Shown here one piece after another: positions 7,359 to 16,648 of a stretch of DNA of 25,274 bases. The DNA lies in the IMG/VR virus record IMGVR_UViG_3300044217_004639, positions 1 to 25,274 of that record; one strand, given 5' to 3'. Within the stretch, counting starts at the first letter, position 1. Every line of letters begins with the position of its first letter. Below the pieces are notes generated by a model. The model was given only the letters and a program-made list of their open reading frames with translations, searched no databases and had not been told where the DNA came from. Made by a program: the position numbers and the translations under genes. Source of the DNA: a virus (Duplodnaviria > Caudoviricetes).

Positions 7359-8076
7359 ATTTTTCATAAGAAATCACGTGACTATTTTTTAAGTCTGTGC
7401 CTGTTTGTAAATGGTTAAGGAACTCAGGCGGATTATCATGCACAATTGTAAAGTTACAGTATGGACGCATCTTAAGATAATCTCTGAACCATTTTAACCA
7501 ACCTTCAAAAATTGTGTCACTGTGTCGATCGCCGTAACAGTCTGTGCCTTGATACATGTTATTGAATTTGTTTCTACCGTATTCTCTGAAGTCAAATCCT
7601 ATTAGGTACAAGTTTTTATGTCCATGCACACACGCTGTAGATATAGCTTGATTGCCGCTAATGGTGTGTGTGTTCCATGGAATCAAATGCACCTTATCCT
7701 TTGCATAATTTCTATTTACATGCAAAGACGGTGCGTAATGGATTGTGTTTTCCATAACATTATCTTTACACATGGCCTCTGTCATCTGTGTATCAACACT
7801 GAAAATAAAGTCAGGCATGAAGTCCCTATAAACTGCATTACAGCCGTATGTTTGTCCTGTCTTTGACAATTTGGATAAATCAAAATTTTTACGTGAAGGG
7901 CCATTACCTATTATGTAGGCATTGCCTCTTGGCTCTGCTTTTACTCGATCTTCATAAAATTTTTTCTCAAAGATTTTTTTACCCTGACGTATGATTGTAC
8001 GTACTATTATTTCTTCACCGAGATATTTTTTCCATACTATTGGCTTTATTTCTTTTATACCAAATTGGTTAGACAT
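7330..8076 (-). CDS. MAF/DUF115-like (sialyltransferase-type Rossmann) glycosyltransferase-related protein
   Basis: AYIIGNGPSR, YGCNAVYR, PDFIFSVD, SGNQA and LYLIGFD motifs. Confidence 0.7.
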   Translation of the reverse strand: MSNQFGIKEIKPIVWKKYLGEEIIVRTIIRQGKKIFEKKFYEDRVKAEPRGNAYIIGNGPSRKNFDLSKLSKTGQTYGCNAVYRDFMPDFIFSVDTQMTEAMCKDNVMENTIHYAPSLHVNRNYAKDKVHLIPWNTHTISGNQAISTACVHGHKNLYLIGFDFREYGRNKFNNMYQGTDCYGDRHSDTIFEGWLKWFRDYLKMRPYCNFTIVHDNPPEFLNHLQTGTDLKNSHVISYEKFNDVVSAQH

Positions 8077-8938
8077 ATTTTTCTTCTAATCTTTTTTTAA
8101 TCCTTTGCCATGGTATACCTTGTTCAATTTCATCTGGAAACCATTCTGTATATGATAGCTGATTACACCAATTTTGTCTATCAGGCATAACAGGATTTTC
8201 AATATCTTTATAATCTGTATTACCAATGTCATAGCACAAACTTGATTCACTAACAAAGACCGGTATGCCATTGAACACTGCTTGCATGGCAGGATTGCTG
8301 CTGTGGTTAACTACTGTCCATGCATTCTCAAAAACTTTGTTTAGGTCTGTATCGTCATAAGTGTTATGGTCTCTCTTTGGCCCTATAATTTTTACATTTC
8401 TAAATTTAGTCGTATCTATTGCCACACGATGTCTCGGATGTGGACGGATAACAATTGGTTTTTCTGTGTGTTTTCTTATTTTCTGTATTTGTTCTTCTAT
8501 CCATTTTGTCATTGGCGGATTGTTACGCCATTGATGACTGTTACTGTGTTGTCCACAAATTATGATGTTGTCTCCTGTTTGTTTCCAAGGTTTTAGTGAT
8601 GTGTGAAATTTTTTCCATCTATCATCATCAAACTGTTGATTTGCAAAGTCAGCTTCTCTGTTTATTCCGTTAATTGCAATTTTAAAAGTTTCATTTCTTT
8701 TAATGCCACCAACTTCTATAACCACCACTGCTTTGTTTTTGTTTGTATATCTATTCCATATAGGCCTATAGCCCGACATTCTACCTGACCATAAAACGGA
8801 CCATATTACAGCTACATCTGCGTCAGTTTCTTGATTAACAAAAAGTTGTTCATTGTTATTTTCTAGACTGTTTATAAATTTTTTAAATATATCTTTACTG
8901 TTCAAAGGCCCATATTGAGGCCATATTTCAATTTTCAT
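8069..8938 (-). CDS. KpsS/KpsC-like GT-B glycosyltransferase (paralogue 1)
   Basis: IVIRPHP, VVNHSSN..MQAVFNGIPVFV and a C-terminal IENP..DR..W...LSY..W..DEI..G shared with three other ORFs in this window. Confidence 0.65.
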   Translation of the reverse strand: MKIEIWPQYGPLNSKDIFKKFINSLENNNEQLFVNQETDADVAVIWSVLWSGRMSGYRPIWNRYTNKNKAVVVIEVGGIKRNETFKIAINGINREADFANQQFDDDRWKKFHTSLKPWKQTGDNIIICGQHSNSHQWRNNPPMTKWIEEQIQKIRKHTEKPIVIRPHPRHRVAIDTTKFRNVKIIGPKRDHNTYDDTDLNKVFENAWTVVNHSSNPAMQAVFNGIPVFVSESSLCYDIGNTDYKDIENPVMPDRQNWCNQLSYTEWFPDEIEQGIPWQRIKKRLEEKYV

Positions 8939-9818
8939 TTATATCCTTTTTTGCATCAAATTTTATTCCTGCAAACGGATCATAACTTTCAACATTCTTC
9001 CAATATGTTTCATTACGAGTGCTTTTTAGATCACTGGCTGAACTTTTACCTTTTGCCTTTCTTTTGCCTTTCATATGATCGAGATATGCCCCTAGCACAC
9101 TATTAATAAAGATGTGATGTCCTTTTGCACCAGCGCCTTTTCCTATGTCAACTCCGTGTTCTGGCGCAACTCTTTTTAGAACTTGCCAAAAAATATAACT
9201 GTCGTGCCATTCTAATTCTTTAAATATTGTATCTTGTTTATACAAATTGGTCCATGTATCCATAAATTTTTTGATTAACACATGCCGTCTATTATAGCAT
9301 ACCCATCCGCATTCTGGATATTTGTTTCCACGACCAAGATAATTTACAAGTTTATCAAATGGCAGTAAATTTGTGACAAAATCTTTTGGGATTGATCGAA
9401 ACGTATAGGTGTCAGCATCTAACCAAAGCACATAATCAACGTCAATATTTTTTATTGCATGATCGACCGCAAAAGTTTTATGAGCAAATCTTACTGCGTC
9501 CCATAGGTAGCTTCCCTTACCACGGTCATTATTGCCAGCATTTGGATGCCTCCTAGCCCCGCCAGCTATCTCTTGTAGTTCACCATTTGCAACTGGATCA
9601 TTCTTATGTCTATTTTTAAATGCTACCAAATCTGGATTGACTTTTTCAGTATTGACATATTCTATTTTTTCATGATGCAGATCTGGAGTTGGCCCTTCGT
9701 GGTACGCAGTAATTTTTACGTTGTCAGGCCAATAATCAATATGACTTTGTAACATCCTTTTGGCATACACGTCCCAACGATTTTGTGGAAAAGTAGTAAT
9801 TACTTGTAGACTTGGCAT
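8928..9818 (-). CDS. GT-A nucleotide-diphospho-sugar transferase
   Basis: FAHKTFA followed by YVLWLDADT (DxD), WHDSYIF and DHMKG. Confidence 0.75.
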   Translation of the reverse strand: MPSLQVITTFPQNRWDVYAKRMLQSHIDYWPDNVKITAYHEGPTPDLHHEKIEYVNTEKVNPDLVAFKNRHKNDPVANGELQEIAGGARRHPNAGNNDRGKGSYLWDAVRFAHKTFAVDHAIKNIDVDYVLWLDADTYTFRSIPKDFVTNLLPFDKLVNYLGRGNKYPECGWVCYNRRHVLIKKFMDTWTNLYKQDTIFKELEWHDSYIFWQVLKRVAPEHGVDIGKGAGAKGHHIFINSVLGAYLDHMKGKRKAKGKSSASDLKSTRNETYWKNVESYDPFAGIKFDAKKDINEN

Positions 9819-9823
9819 AAAAT

Positions 9824-9831
9824 TATTTAAT
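9824..9831 (-). promoter_or_regulatory. late-promoter-like motif
   Basis: Minus strand ATTAAATA, 5 nt before the ATG at 9818. Confidence 0.5.
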
Positions 9832-11554
9832 AGTTTGCAATCTTAAAGGCTTCAAACCAGGTTGCCCACATCATGTCTATCGCTAACCACTTGCCTGTTT
9901 TTTGTGTAATTTTCATGTTTGGATCCATCTTGTGTTTCATTTTTTGTTCATATAAATTTAACAGACTTGGATTTTGCTTGATCCAATATGCCATCGGTGC
10001 TGTCCAACCAGTTTTACCTTTATTGATAATGTAACTTGGTAGCACATTCTTATATGCATCTCTACTCATGTGTTTCAATTTTTTTGATATTTTTTGTTTA
10101 CTATTAATACTAAAACAGTATTTCATAAATTGTTTTGATGCTAAAGGATACCTGCCCTCCATACTATATGCCATACCAAATTTATCATTCCTAATCAACA
10201 TGTCCTCTGGACATATTGTTACACATTCCAAAGCACAAAAGCTACCTAACGGATCTTGTTCATTGTAGAGTGTATCAGGAAACTGCTTTATAAATTCTTG
10301 TAACACATCATCAGCACTGTGGATGTTTTCGTTTACTTTTGTTGCAGGCTTCTGTTGCGTTACTAAAACTTTGCAAATATCTTTCCACGACATTGCTTTA
10401 TTTGAAAAGTCATGTAACAACTTTCCATGCCGAGGATAACCACACATAAGCTCATCACCTAGATCTCCAGCAATCGTAACTTTTATATTATGATCTTTCA
10501 TAACTTTATTAGTGTATAAATTTGCAGGTAATGTTGGAGTTCTTATTATCTGTTCAACACTCGAGACCGATTGATTCCAATATGATGCATAAATTTCAGG
10601 TGTGATTGGTATCTCTGTGTGATTGAATTTAAAATGTTCTGCCAATCTTTTTGCCATGTTAGCATCTTCATTGTAATCTTCTTCTCTCGTGTTTGGATCC
10701 GGTACAAACCTTGTTGTAAATGAATTCACTGTGCCTGTAATATCCAAAAGTTCTTTAGATATCATAGTGCTATCCATTCCACCACTTAAAAATAATCCAA
10801 TCTTTTTGTCACCAATGCTGCAATTTTTTACGCTGCGATTTACAACTTGCTTAAATTCTATAGGATCGTAATTGTAGTCATTCGTTGGCTTGATGAACTC
10901 TCTATAATATTTTTGAATTTTTTTATGATGTGTGTCATAGATTAATGTTTCGCCTGGCAGTAATTTTTTTATATTATTAAAAAAAGTATTACGTAAAGGA
11001 TTATTACTCATGTAATGCCAAATACTGTGACTCAGTTTATCTAACTTATGAGAATTTGGCACCTTGTCTAACAAACCTCGAACCTCGCTTCCAAACACAA
11101 GTCCTTCTTTAATCTCTGCATAGTACAGTGGTTTAATTCCAGCATGATCTCTACTCAATATTAGCTTGTTCTTCTTAGGTTGGTAGTAGGCAAATGCATG
11201 CATAGAATCTATTTCATGAACAAACTTTGCGCCAAATGTATCAAGGCCCCATGCTAGTAATTCAGTGTCACAGCCAGTGATACCTGCAAAGCCTATATTT
11301 TTAAATCGTTGTTTCAGATCATAATAGTTGAATATTTCACCGTTATATACTAACCAGTTGCCTTTTGGAGTTTTCCATGGTTGCACTGCCACCTTTGGGT
11401 TGCCCATAATGGATAATAGGTTATGACCTAAAGTCATTTTATAATCAGGATCCCACCAAACTTTTTGTGCGTCAGGTCCTCGGTGCTTACATTTTCTAAT
11501 ATAATTTTGAATAAAGACGGGGTCGTGATCGGTTATGCCATAGATACCACACAT
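9827..11554 (-). CDS. asnB: asparagine synthase (glutamine-hydrolysing)-like amidotransferase
   Basis: N-terminal MCGI nucleophile, NGEIFN, DTE, RDHAGIKPLYY, PP-loop LSGGMDS, GDLGDEL..GY, DKFGMAYSMEGRYP. Confidence 0.9.
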   Translation of the reverse strand: MCGIYGITDHDPVFIQNYIRKCKHRGPDAQKVWWDPDYKMTLGHNLLSIMGNPKVAVQPWKTPKGNWLVYNGEIFNYYDLKQRFKNIGFAGITGCDTELLAWGLDTFGAKFVHEIDSMHAFAYYQPKKNKLILSRDHAGIKPLYYAEIKEGLVFGSEVRGLLDKVPNSHKLDKLSHSIWHYMSNNPLRNTFFNNIKKLLPGETLIYDTHHKKIQKYYREFIKPTNDYNYDPIEFKQVVNRSVKNCSIGDKKIGLFLSGGMDSTMISKELLDITGTVNSFTTRFVPDPNTREEDYNEDANMAKRLAEHFKFNHTEIPITPEIYASYWNQSVSSVEQIIRTPTLPANLYTNKVMKDHNIKVTIAGDLGDELMCGYPRHGKLLHDFSNKAMSWKDICKVLVTQQKPATKVNENIHSADDVLQEFIKQFPDTLYNEQDPLGSFCALECVTICPEDMLIRNDKFGMAYSMEGRYPLASKQFMKYCFSINSKQKISKKLKHMSRDAYKNVLPSYIINKGKTGWTAPMAYWIKQNPSLLNLYEQKMKHKMDPNMKITQKTGKWLAIDMMWATWFEAFKIANY

Positions 11555-12537
11555 TATAAACCTAATTTATTTTTGAATCTTTTATATACTGTGCCGTTTT
11601 TAATTTCTTTTATGCTCCACATTTTGTATCCAAGATCGTGAAGCCATTGTGTTCTATCTGGATAGATTGGATCTTCTATTTTCGTCAGATCTGTATTTGC
11701 AACCGGCCAACATAATGCAAGATCAGATGTAACAAATGTTGGTATACCTCGCACACAGCTATCTACGCTGGCAGTTGAATTGTGTGTCACTACCGCATGG
11801 CAGTTTGTGATTGCTTCTTGGAAATGAAAACGATAATACTTTTTTTCATCACCAATGAAATGTTTTTTTCCAATCTGTAATTCAATATCTTTTGGAAATT
11901 CACTTTGCCTTTTCGAAATACTGTCAACGTGATTTGGGTGTGGACGCACTAAAAATCGTCTCTTCGTAATTGGTCTCAATTTTTTGTAAACTGAATTAAA
12001 CCATTCAATTGGATCCAGCTCATTCATACTCCAATTATCACTTGGTTGTAACACAAATAGTATAGGATCCTCTTCACTTGACTTTCTCCATGACTCATGC
12101 TTTACGTTGAATTTGTTCTTTAACATTTCCCATCTGTCTGGTGGACTATTATCTGATAGGAAGTTTCCATCGTTCATGGGTGTATACAGAGAAACTCTAA
12201 AATGGTGATCTGGGGAAGTAGATACATTTCCAAAACTTGACAGTACACCACCGTCAAACGTAATAAGTGGTATCTTTTTTTCTCTACATCTATTTGCTAA
12301 TTCTCTTCTGCGTCCTTTTGTGTGATGCATCTGTTTGTCGCCTCCATAACCAAACATCGCTGCCATTGGTGCTGTTGGCTCCATTTCGCCTGGCACAGTA
12401 GGACCTGATCTATTTTCATTAACAATAACAGCTTCATCACCTGCTGCCCGTATGCCTTCTGCTAGTTGATATAATAGGTCATAACTATTGCCACGTCTTC
12501 GATCTTTTACCGTCCTTCTAAATATTTCAACTTTCAT
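11554..12537 (-). CDS. KpsS/KpsC-like GT-B glycosyltransferase (paralogue 2)
   Basis: LQPSDN, LVRPHP, VVTHNSTASVDSCVRGIPTFV, IEDPIYPDRTQWLHDLGY. Confidence 0.65.
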   Translation of the reverse strand: MKVEIFRRTVKDRRRGNSYDLLYQLAEGIRAAGDEAVIVNENRSGPTVPGEMEPTAPMAAMFGYGGDKQMHHTKGRRRELANRCREKKIPLITFDGGVLSSFGNVSTSPDHHFRVSLYTPMNDGNFLSDNSPPDRWEMLKNKFNVKHESWRKSSEEDPILFVLQPSDNWSMNELDPIEWFNSVYKKLRPITKRRFLVRPHPNHVDSISKRQSEFPKDIELQIGKKHFIGDEKKYYRFHFQEAITNCHAVVTHNSTASVDSCVRGIPTFVTSDLALCWPVANTDLTKIEDPIYPDRTQWLHDLGYKMWSIKEIKNGTVYKRFKNKLGL

Positions 12538-13315
12538 CGCAGTCCTTTCTAAAAAATATAACCTCCATCATTGCTTTCAATCTTTTTCTATTGATATAAA
12601 AATTATATTTTTCTTTGTGTATGTCACATAGTTTTCTTATTTTTTCAAACGATTCGTCAAAAGACCCGTTCAGTCCTAACTCCATCTCTGTGACCCAAAA
12701 TTTACAATCAATAGTTTGTAGTTCGAGGCCAACATCATACCATAGGCCTTCAACATCAGTTTTTAATATATCAATGCTATCCCATCCAATATCTTCTAAA
12801 ATTGTTGTAATGTTTTTACAATCTACTTCAACATAATTATTTGGATCATCAAATGCACCTGCAAGTGAAAAACTTCCTAATGCTTGTTCTGGTCTTTTAA
12901 TTCCAGGCTCCGTCTTATAATAAAATTTCATTTTGCCATTTTGAGGAGCATAAGCACAAGGAGTAAATTTTATATTATTTTGTACTATTTGTTTGTTCAA
13001 TGTGCGTGCATTTGGTATTTCATTAAACTGTCTATATCCGCCTTTTAAAAGTATTTGATTGATATTTTTAATAGTATAAGGTGTAGGATCAAATAGTCTT
13101 ACATCTAAGTTCATGTTATCAAAACAAATTAATTTTTCAAAATTCGCATCTCCTCCTACTCCAAAACTAAGAACTTTTTTAGATTCTTTAACAAATTTTT
13201 CAGGCACATGATAGTTTCTATACACTTTGAAGGATTGATTGGTAAAAAGTTCTTGTTCGAATAGCCTTATACGTTCAACTATTTCTTTGTTTTCTGGTTT
13301 AAGTCTATCCGCCAT
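12527..13315 (-). CDS. FkbM-family SAM-dependent methyltransferase
   Basis: VLSFGVGGDANFE, LFDPTP, IDILKTDVEG. Confidence 0.8.
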   Translation of the reverse strand: MADRLKPENKEIVERIRLFEQELFTNQSFKVYRNYHVPEKFVKESKKVLSFGVGGDANFEKLICFDNMNLDVRLFDPTPYTIKNINQILLKGGYRQFNEIPNARTLNKQIVQNNIKFTPCAYAPQNGKMKFYYKTEPGIKRPEQALGSFSLAGAFDDPNNYVEVDCKNITTILEDIGWDSIDILKTDVEGLWYDVGLELQTIDCKFWVTEMELGLNGSFDESFEKIRKLCDIHKEKYNFYINRKRLKAMMEVIFFRKDCDES

Positions 13316-14120
13316 TTAGCATTCTCCAAGCAGTTCCGTTTGCCATTTCTTCAAGTGTCCAATTATTATAAGCTAAATTGGAAAATAATGCAACTCTATC
13401 TTCGTACTTTGGATTTTCAATCTTAGTTAAATCTGTTTCAGATATTGGTAGTGCCGCAGAATTTTCCTTGTCGCAAAACACAGGAACTCCGTTTTGAAAA
13501 CTTTCTACCATAGTATTGCTGTTGTATGACACACATGCAAAATATTTTGTCCAATCAATTCTACCTTTATGATTTGTTGGTTTGTCAACTTTAATAGTTG
13601 CTCCAACACGATCTTTTGTCACAGTTGGATTGTATGGCTTTTCTCTAACATCAATAGGACGATCTGTGTGTTTTTTTAATATTTGCAATGTGTCCTTAAG
13701 CCAATTTTCTTGTTTGAAAAAATTTGCAATTGAATTAGTAGGCGGTAAAACTAAAATACTGCGTCCATTTTTTTGCCATGGCTTTATATCCAGTTTAAAA
13801 AATTTTTCATATCTATCAGATTTAGTATGTGTAATTTTGTTTTGACAATGTGCATTTTTTGTTATTCTTAGCCAGTGTGGTGTATCATGTGCATTAGTAA
13901 AATAACCATGATCCATAAAATAAAAATCCTTCTGTTCTCTCATGCACCATTTATATACTTCGCCTGATCCAGCTAGAATTCCGTACATAGCCAAATTTTC
14001 TTTAGGCAAAGTTTTTAGATCTCTGAATTTGTAAATTGTATTTCTCCCTGAAGATCCTTTTACAAATGCATCAACATAACGTTGTGTTCTTGGTTTGGTA
14101 GTGTGTATTCCTGCTATCAT
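13305..14120 (-). CDS. KpsS/KpsC-like GT-B glycosyltransferase (paralogue 3)
   Basis: FMDHGYF, IDVREKP, VSYNSNTMVESFQNGVPVFC, IENPKYEDR..LAYNNWTLEEMANG. Confidence 0.6.
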   Translation of the reverse strand: MIAGIHTTKPRTQRYVDAFVKGSSGRNTIYKFRDLKTLPKENLAMYGILAGSGEVYKWCMREQKDFYFMDHGYFTNAHDTPHWLRITKNAHCQNKITHTKSDRYEKFFKLDIKPWQKNGRSILVLPPTNSIANFFKQENWLKDTLQILKKHTDRPIDVREKPYNPTVTKDRVGATIKVDKPTNHKGRIDWTKYFACVSYNSNTMVESFQNGVPVFCDKENSAALPISETDLTKIENPKYEDRVALFSNLAYNNWTLEEMANGTAWRMLNGG

Positions 14121-14860
14121 TTGATCTCTTGTACGCTGTACATAGATTTGTTACTTCGCCTGCTATATTCTGCTATAATGTTCACACTTCTTCGGTGTAA
14201 CGTGGCATTGGTACGAGGAGTCACTCCGTGTATTGCATTGGCACTGTTATTTGCAAACATGACAAATGTATTTTTTTTATATGGCACCGTTACTGCTATT
14301 GAACCAAGATCTTCTTTGTAAATGTGTCTACCTTTAGCCATATCAACTTTGGATACGGTATTTTTTGCATGATAGATCTGAAAGTCGCCACCGCTACTAG
14401 TGTCGTTTTCATATGGCATATAAAGAAGTCCAGCATACATCTCTCTTGGATTATCAATGTGTGGTGTACGAGAGCTTACTGTAATTGGTTTGTGCATAAC
14501 AGTTTGGCAGTCAGTCCACACTGTTGTATCTTTACTGGCCCATCCTCTTGGACCTAGTGTTGGATCTTTATCTTTAAAGTAATCACCAAATAACTCAGAT
14601 ACTTCGTTGTAAAAATCTTTTGATGTATGATACTCAGTAAATTCTTTCCATAAAGCACTAACCACATTTGGCTTCAACATTTCGTCAGCTTTCAATCTAT
14701 AACATATACCATTATCATATGGAGTAGTGGCTAATAGTTTATCTGTTGGCCATTGGCTTTCTAATTCATTATATAATTTTTCTGGTAGTGCGTTGTCAAC
14801 AACCACATGCGGATACGGATGTAATTGTAGTTTTGGTTTTGATTGTAGGACTGAAAGCAT
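14117..14860 (-). CDS. 2OG-Fe(II) oxygenase
   Basis: PYPHVVVDNALP N-terminus, PHID (HxD), GGDF, NTFVMF, AIHGV (distal His), RRSVN (2OG-binding Arg). Confidence 0.85.
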   Translation of the reverse strand: MLSVLQSKPKLQLHPYPHVVVDNALPEKLYNELESQWPTDKLLATTPYDNGICYRLKADEMLKPNVVSALWKEFTEYHTSKDFYNEVSELFGDYFKDKDPTLGPRGWASKDTTVWTDCQTVMHKPITVSSRTPHIDNPREMYAGLLYMPYENDTSSGGDFQIYHAKNTVSKVDMAKGRHIYKEDLGSIAVTVPYKKNTFVMFANNSANAIHGVTPRTNATLHRRSVNIIAEYSRRSNKSMYSVQEIK

Positions 14861-14864
14861 AATG

Positions 14865-14872
14865 TACTTAAT
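14865..14872 (-). promoter_or_regulatory. late-promoter-like motif (variant)
   Basis: Minus strand ATTAAGTA, 4 nt before the ATG at 14860. Confidence 0.35.
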
Positions 14873-15953
14873 CTAAGAGTTTAATTAATTCAGGAATGTT
14901 GATTTCTAAATCAACCATATCCTTACTTTTTTTATTTTTAGGTTTTGCTTTGTTAATTTTTTTTGCTTTTGCCAAATAAACTTTGTGGTTAAGCCCTAGA
15001 TGGTGTGACAGAATTGGATATACTTTTTTATCAATAAATTTTTTATGTTGAAGCTCAATTACTTTAGTACCAGGCTGACACCAAAGAGTGTTTACAAGTC
15101 CAGCACCGTGTGGTGAAAGTATGTGCGAAGCTTCTTTAAATATTTTCACTTGCTCTGTCAATGTCAAATTATCTAGCGTAATTTGTTCCCAACCTTTTAA
15201 GGCCAAAACTAGTTGTTCTTGATTGGAAATATTTCTATTTTCAGCGTCCTTTCTTGTTAAGAATATTTTCCTTGTTGGTTTTGGTTGCCCTGGCACTACA
15301 ACATTTCCTAAACGCCTAAGCCATTTGGGCATGTTTGGCGATATTATTCCGTCTGTATGATTACTTAATGAAGGCACAACTAAATGATAAAATCTCCATG
15401 TTTCATTTTTTGGCATAACATAATATTTTAATTCAGGAAAAAATTCTGTTGCAACTTTGTCAAAATATTTACTTGGATTAGATAAAATAAAAATAAATTT
15501 AGTAAAATTTGTGGCCCACCTTTTTTCTAAAAGCCTAAATTTTGAAACTATATCAATCCAAATGTGCCACGGATTATTTGCACTATATTCGTCAATTGGC
15601 AACCAAACATATTTCCATGTAGTGTCTTGAAACTGTTTTGTAATTGGTGGCATGTTTATTTCAATAGTATCAGCCCATTTTGTAAAAAAGTTATGTACCT
15701 TCTTTGGTTTGTCTCGATATTTGGAAATCAGTGGCCATACGTGATTGGTTATCATCTTTCTATCTTCAGTAATAAGCACTGGTAAACTTGCCACAGAACA
15801 ATTATGAAAATCCGCAACAAAAGTTGGCATACTTGTAAAATTAGTAACAGGATTTAAATTAGAATATTGGACATTATAATCATAAGAATCGTCAATTATA
15901 TCCCATTGATGTAAAAAATATTTTATATCAGATATATTTTGAACAGTTTGCAT
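14868..15953 (-). CDS. GT61 (DUF563) family glycosyltransferase
   Basis: NPWHIWID, KIFLTRKDAENRNISNQE, EQVKIF, SPHGAGLVNTLWCQPGTKVIEL. Confidence 0.85.
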   Translation of the reverse strand: MQTVQNISDIKYFLHQWDIIDDSYDYNVQYSNLNPVTNFTSMPTFVADFHNCSVASLPVLITEDRKMITNHVWPLISKYRDKPKKVHNFFTKWADTIEINMPPITKQFQDTTWKYVWLPIDEYSANNPWHIWIDIVSKFRLLEKRWATNFTKFIFILSNPSKYFDKVATEFFPELKYYVMPKNETWRFYHLVVPSLSNHTDGIISPNMPKWLRRLGNVVVPGQPKPTRKIFLTRKDAENRNISNQEQLVLALKGWEQITLDNLTLTEQVKIFKEASHILSPHGAGLVNTLWCQPGTKVIELQHKKFIDKKVYPILSHHLGLNHKVYLAKAKKINKAKPKNKKSKDMVDLEINIPELIKLLD

Positions 15954-15976
15954 TATTAATAATTATACTATAAAAT
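15948..15976. promoter_or_regulatory. overlapping divergent promoters
   Basis: Plus strand TTGCAT (15948-15953), 17 nt, TAAAAT (15971-15976), then 6 nt to ATG 15983. Minus strand TATAATTA (15967-15960), 6 nt before ATG 15953. Confidence 0.5.
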
Positions 15977-15982
15977 AGCATT

Positions 15983-16648
15983 ATGATATTATTTTCCAAT
16001 GGTTGTAGTTTTCTTACCGAACGTCCTAAAGACAATGTGCCTACTTTTGTGACAAAAGAATTAGCTAGAGAATATCAGGATGATTTCATAAACATAGCTA
16101 TGGGCGGCAGAGGTAACACTAGGATTGACTTCAGCACAAAAGTATGGATTGAACAAAATTATAGTAAAGATCTTTTTGCGGTGATAGGTTGGACAAGTAG
16201 CCATAGGCACGATTATGTGACCGATGATGGTTGGAAAGCTGGAAGAATACCAAACACAGATTTAACTTGGCGAACATGGAAAACTTTGGATAATTTAAAT
16301 TTTATCAATCGGCAAAAAGGTTGGGACGTAGAAAATAATGCATACATGCAATTTTATAATCATGTCATAAACCTACAAAATTATTTTGAACTTAGAAAGA
16401 TTCCATATGTGATGTACAACGCACTACCAAATTCTTTTTATACTGATAAAATAGATTTTCAAATTATGAAAAATAAAATAAACATGACTAGATTTTTCAA
16501 TCCAGATACCAGTCATTATGAATTTGTTATGAATGAAAAATACATTGTAAGTTTAGACGATCCTCATCCTTCCATTGAAGGACACAAACTTTGGGCAAAA
16601 CAATTGAAAGAATATATAGATGTTAACAATTTACGCACCATTACATAA
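15983..16648 (+). CDS. SGNH/GDSL hydrolase-like protein
   Basis: NGCSF (block I), AMGGRGN (block II), VIGWT, DPHPSIEGH (DxH). Confidence 0.75.
   Translation: MILFSNGCSFLTERPKDNVPTFVTKELAREYQDDFINIAMGGRGNTRIDFSTKVWIEQNYSKDLFAVIGWTSSHRHDYVTDDGWKAGRIPNTDLTWRTWKTLDNLNFINRQKGWDVENNAYMQFYNHVINLQNYFELRKIPYVMYNALPNSFYTDKIDFQIMKNKINMTRFFNPDTSHYEFVMNEKYIVSLDDPHPSIEGHKLWAKQLKEYIDVNNLRTIT

Noticed and set aside
14117-14860. 2OG oxygenase as a TET/JBP-type DNA base hydroxylase
   Set aside because: Its motifs (PYPH-VVDN start, HxD, GG.F, HGV, RRS) fit the prolyl-hydroxylase-like group common in glycan loci. A DNA-modification role is not excluded but is unsupported here.
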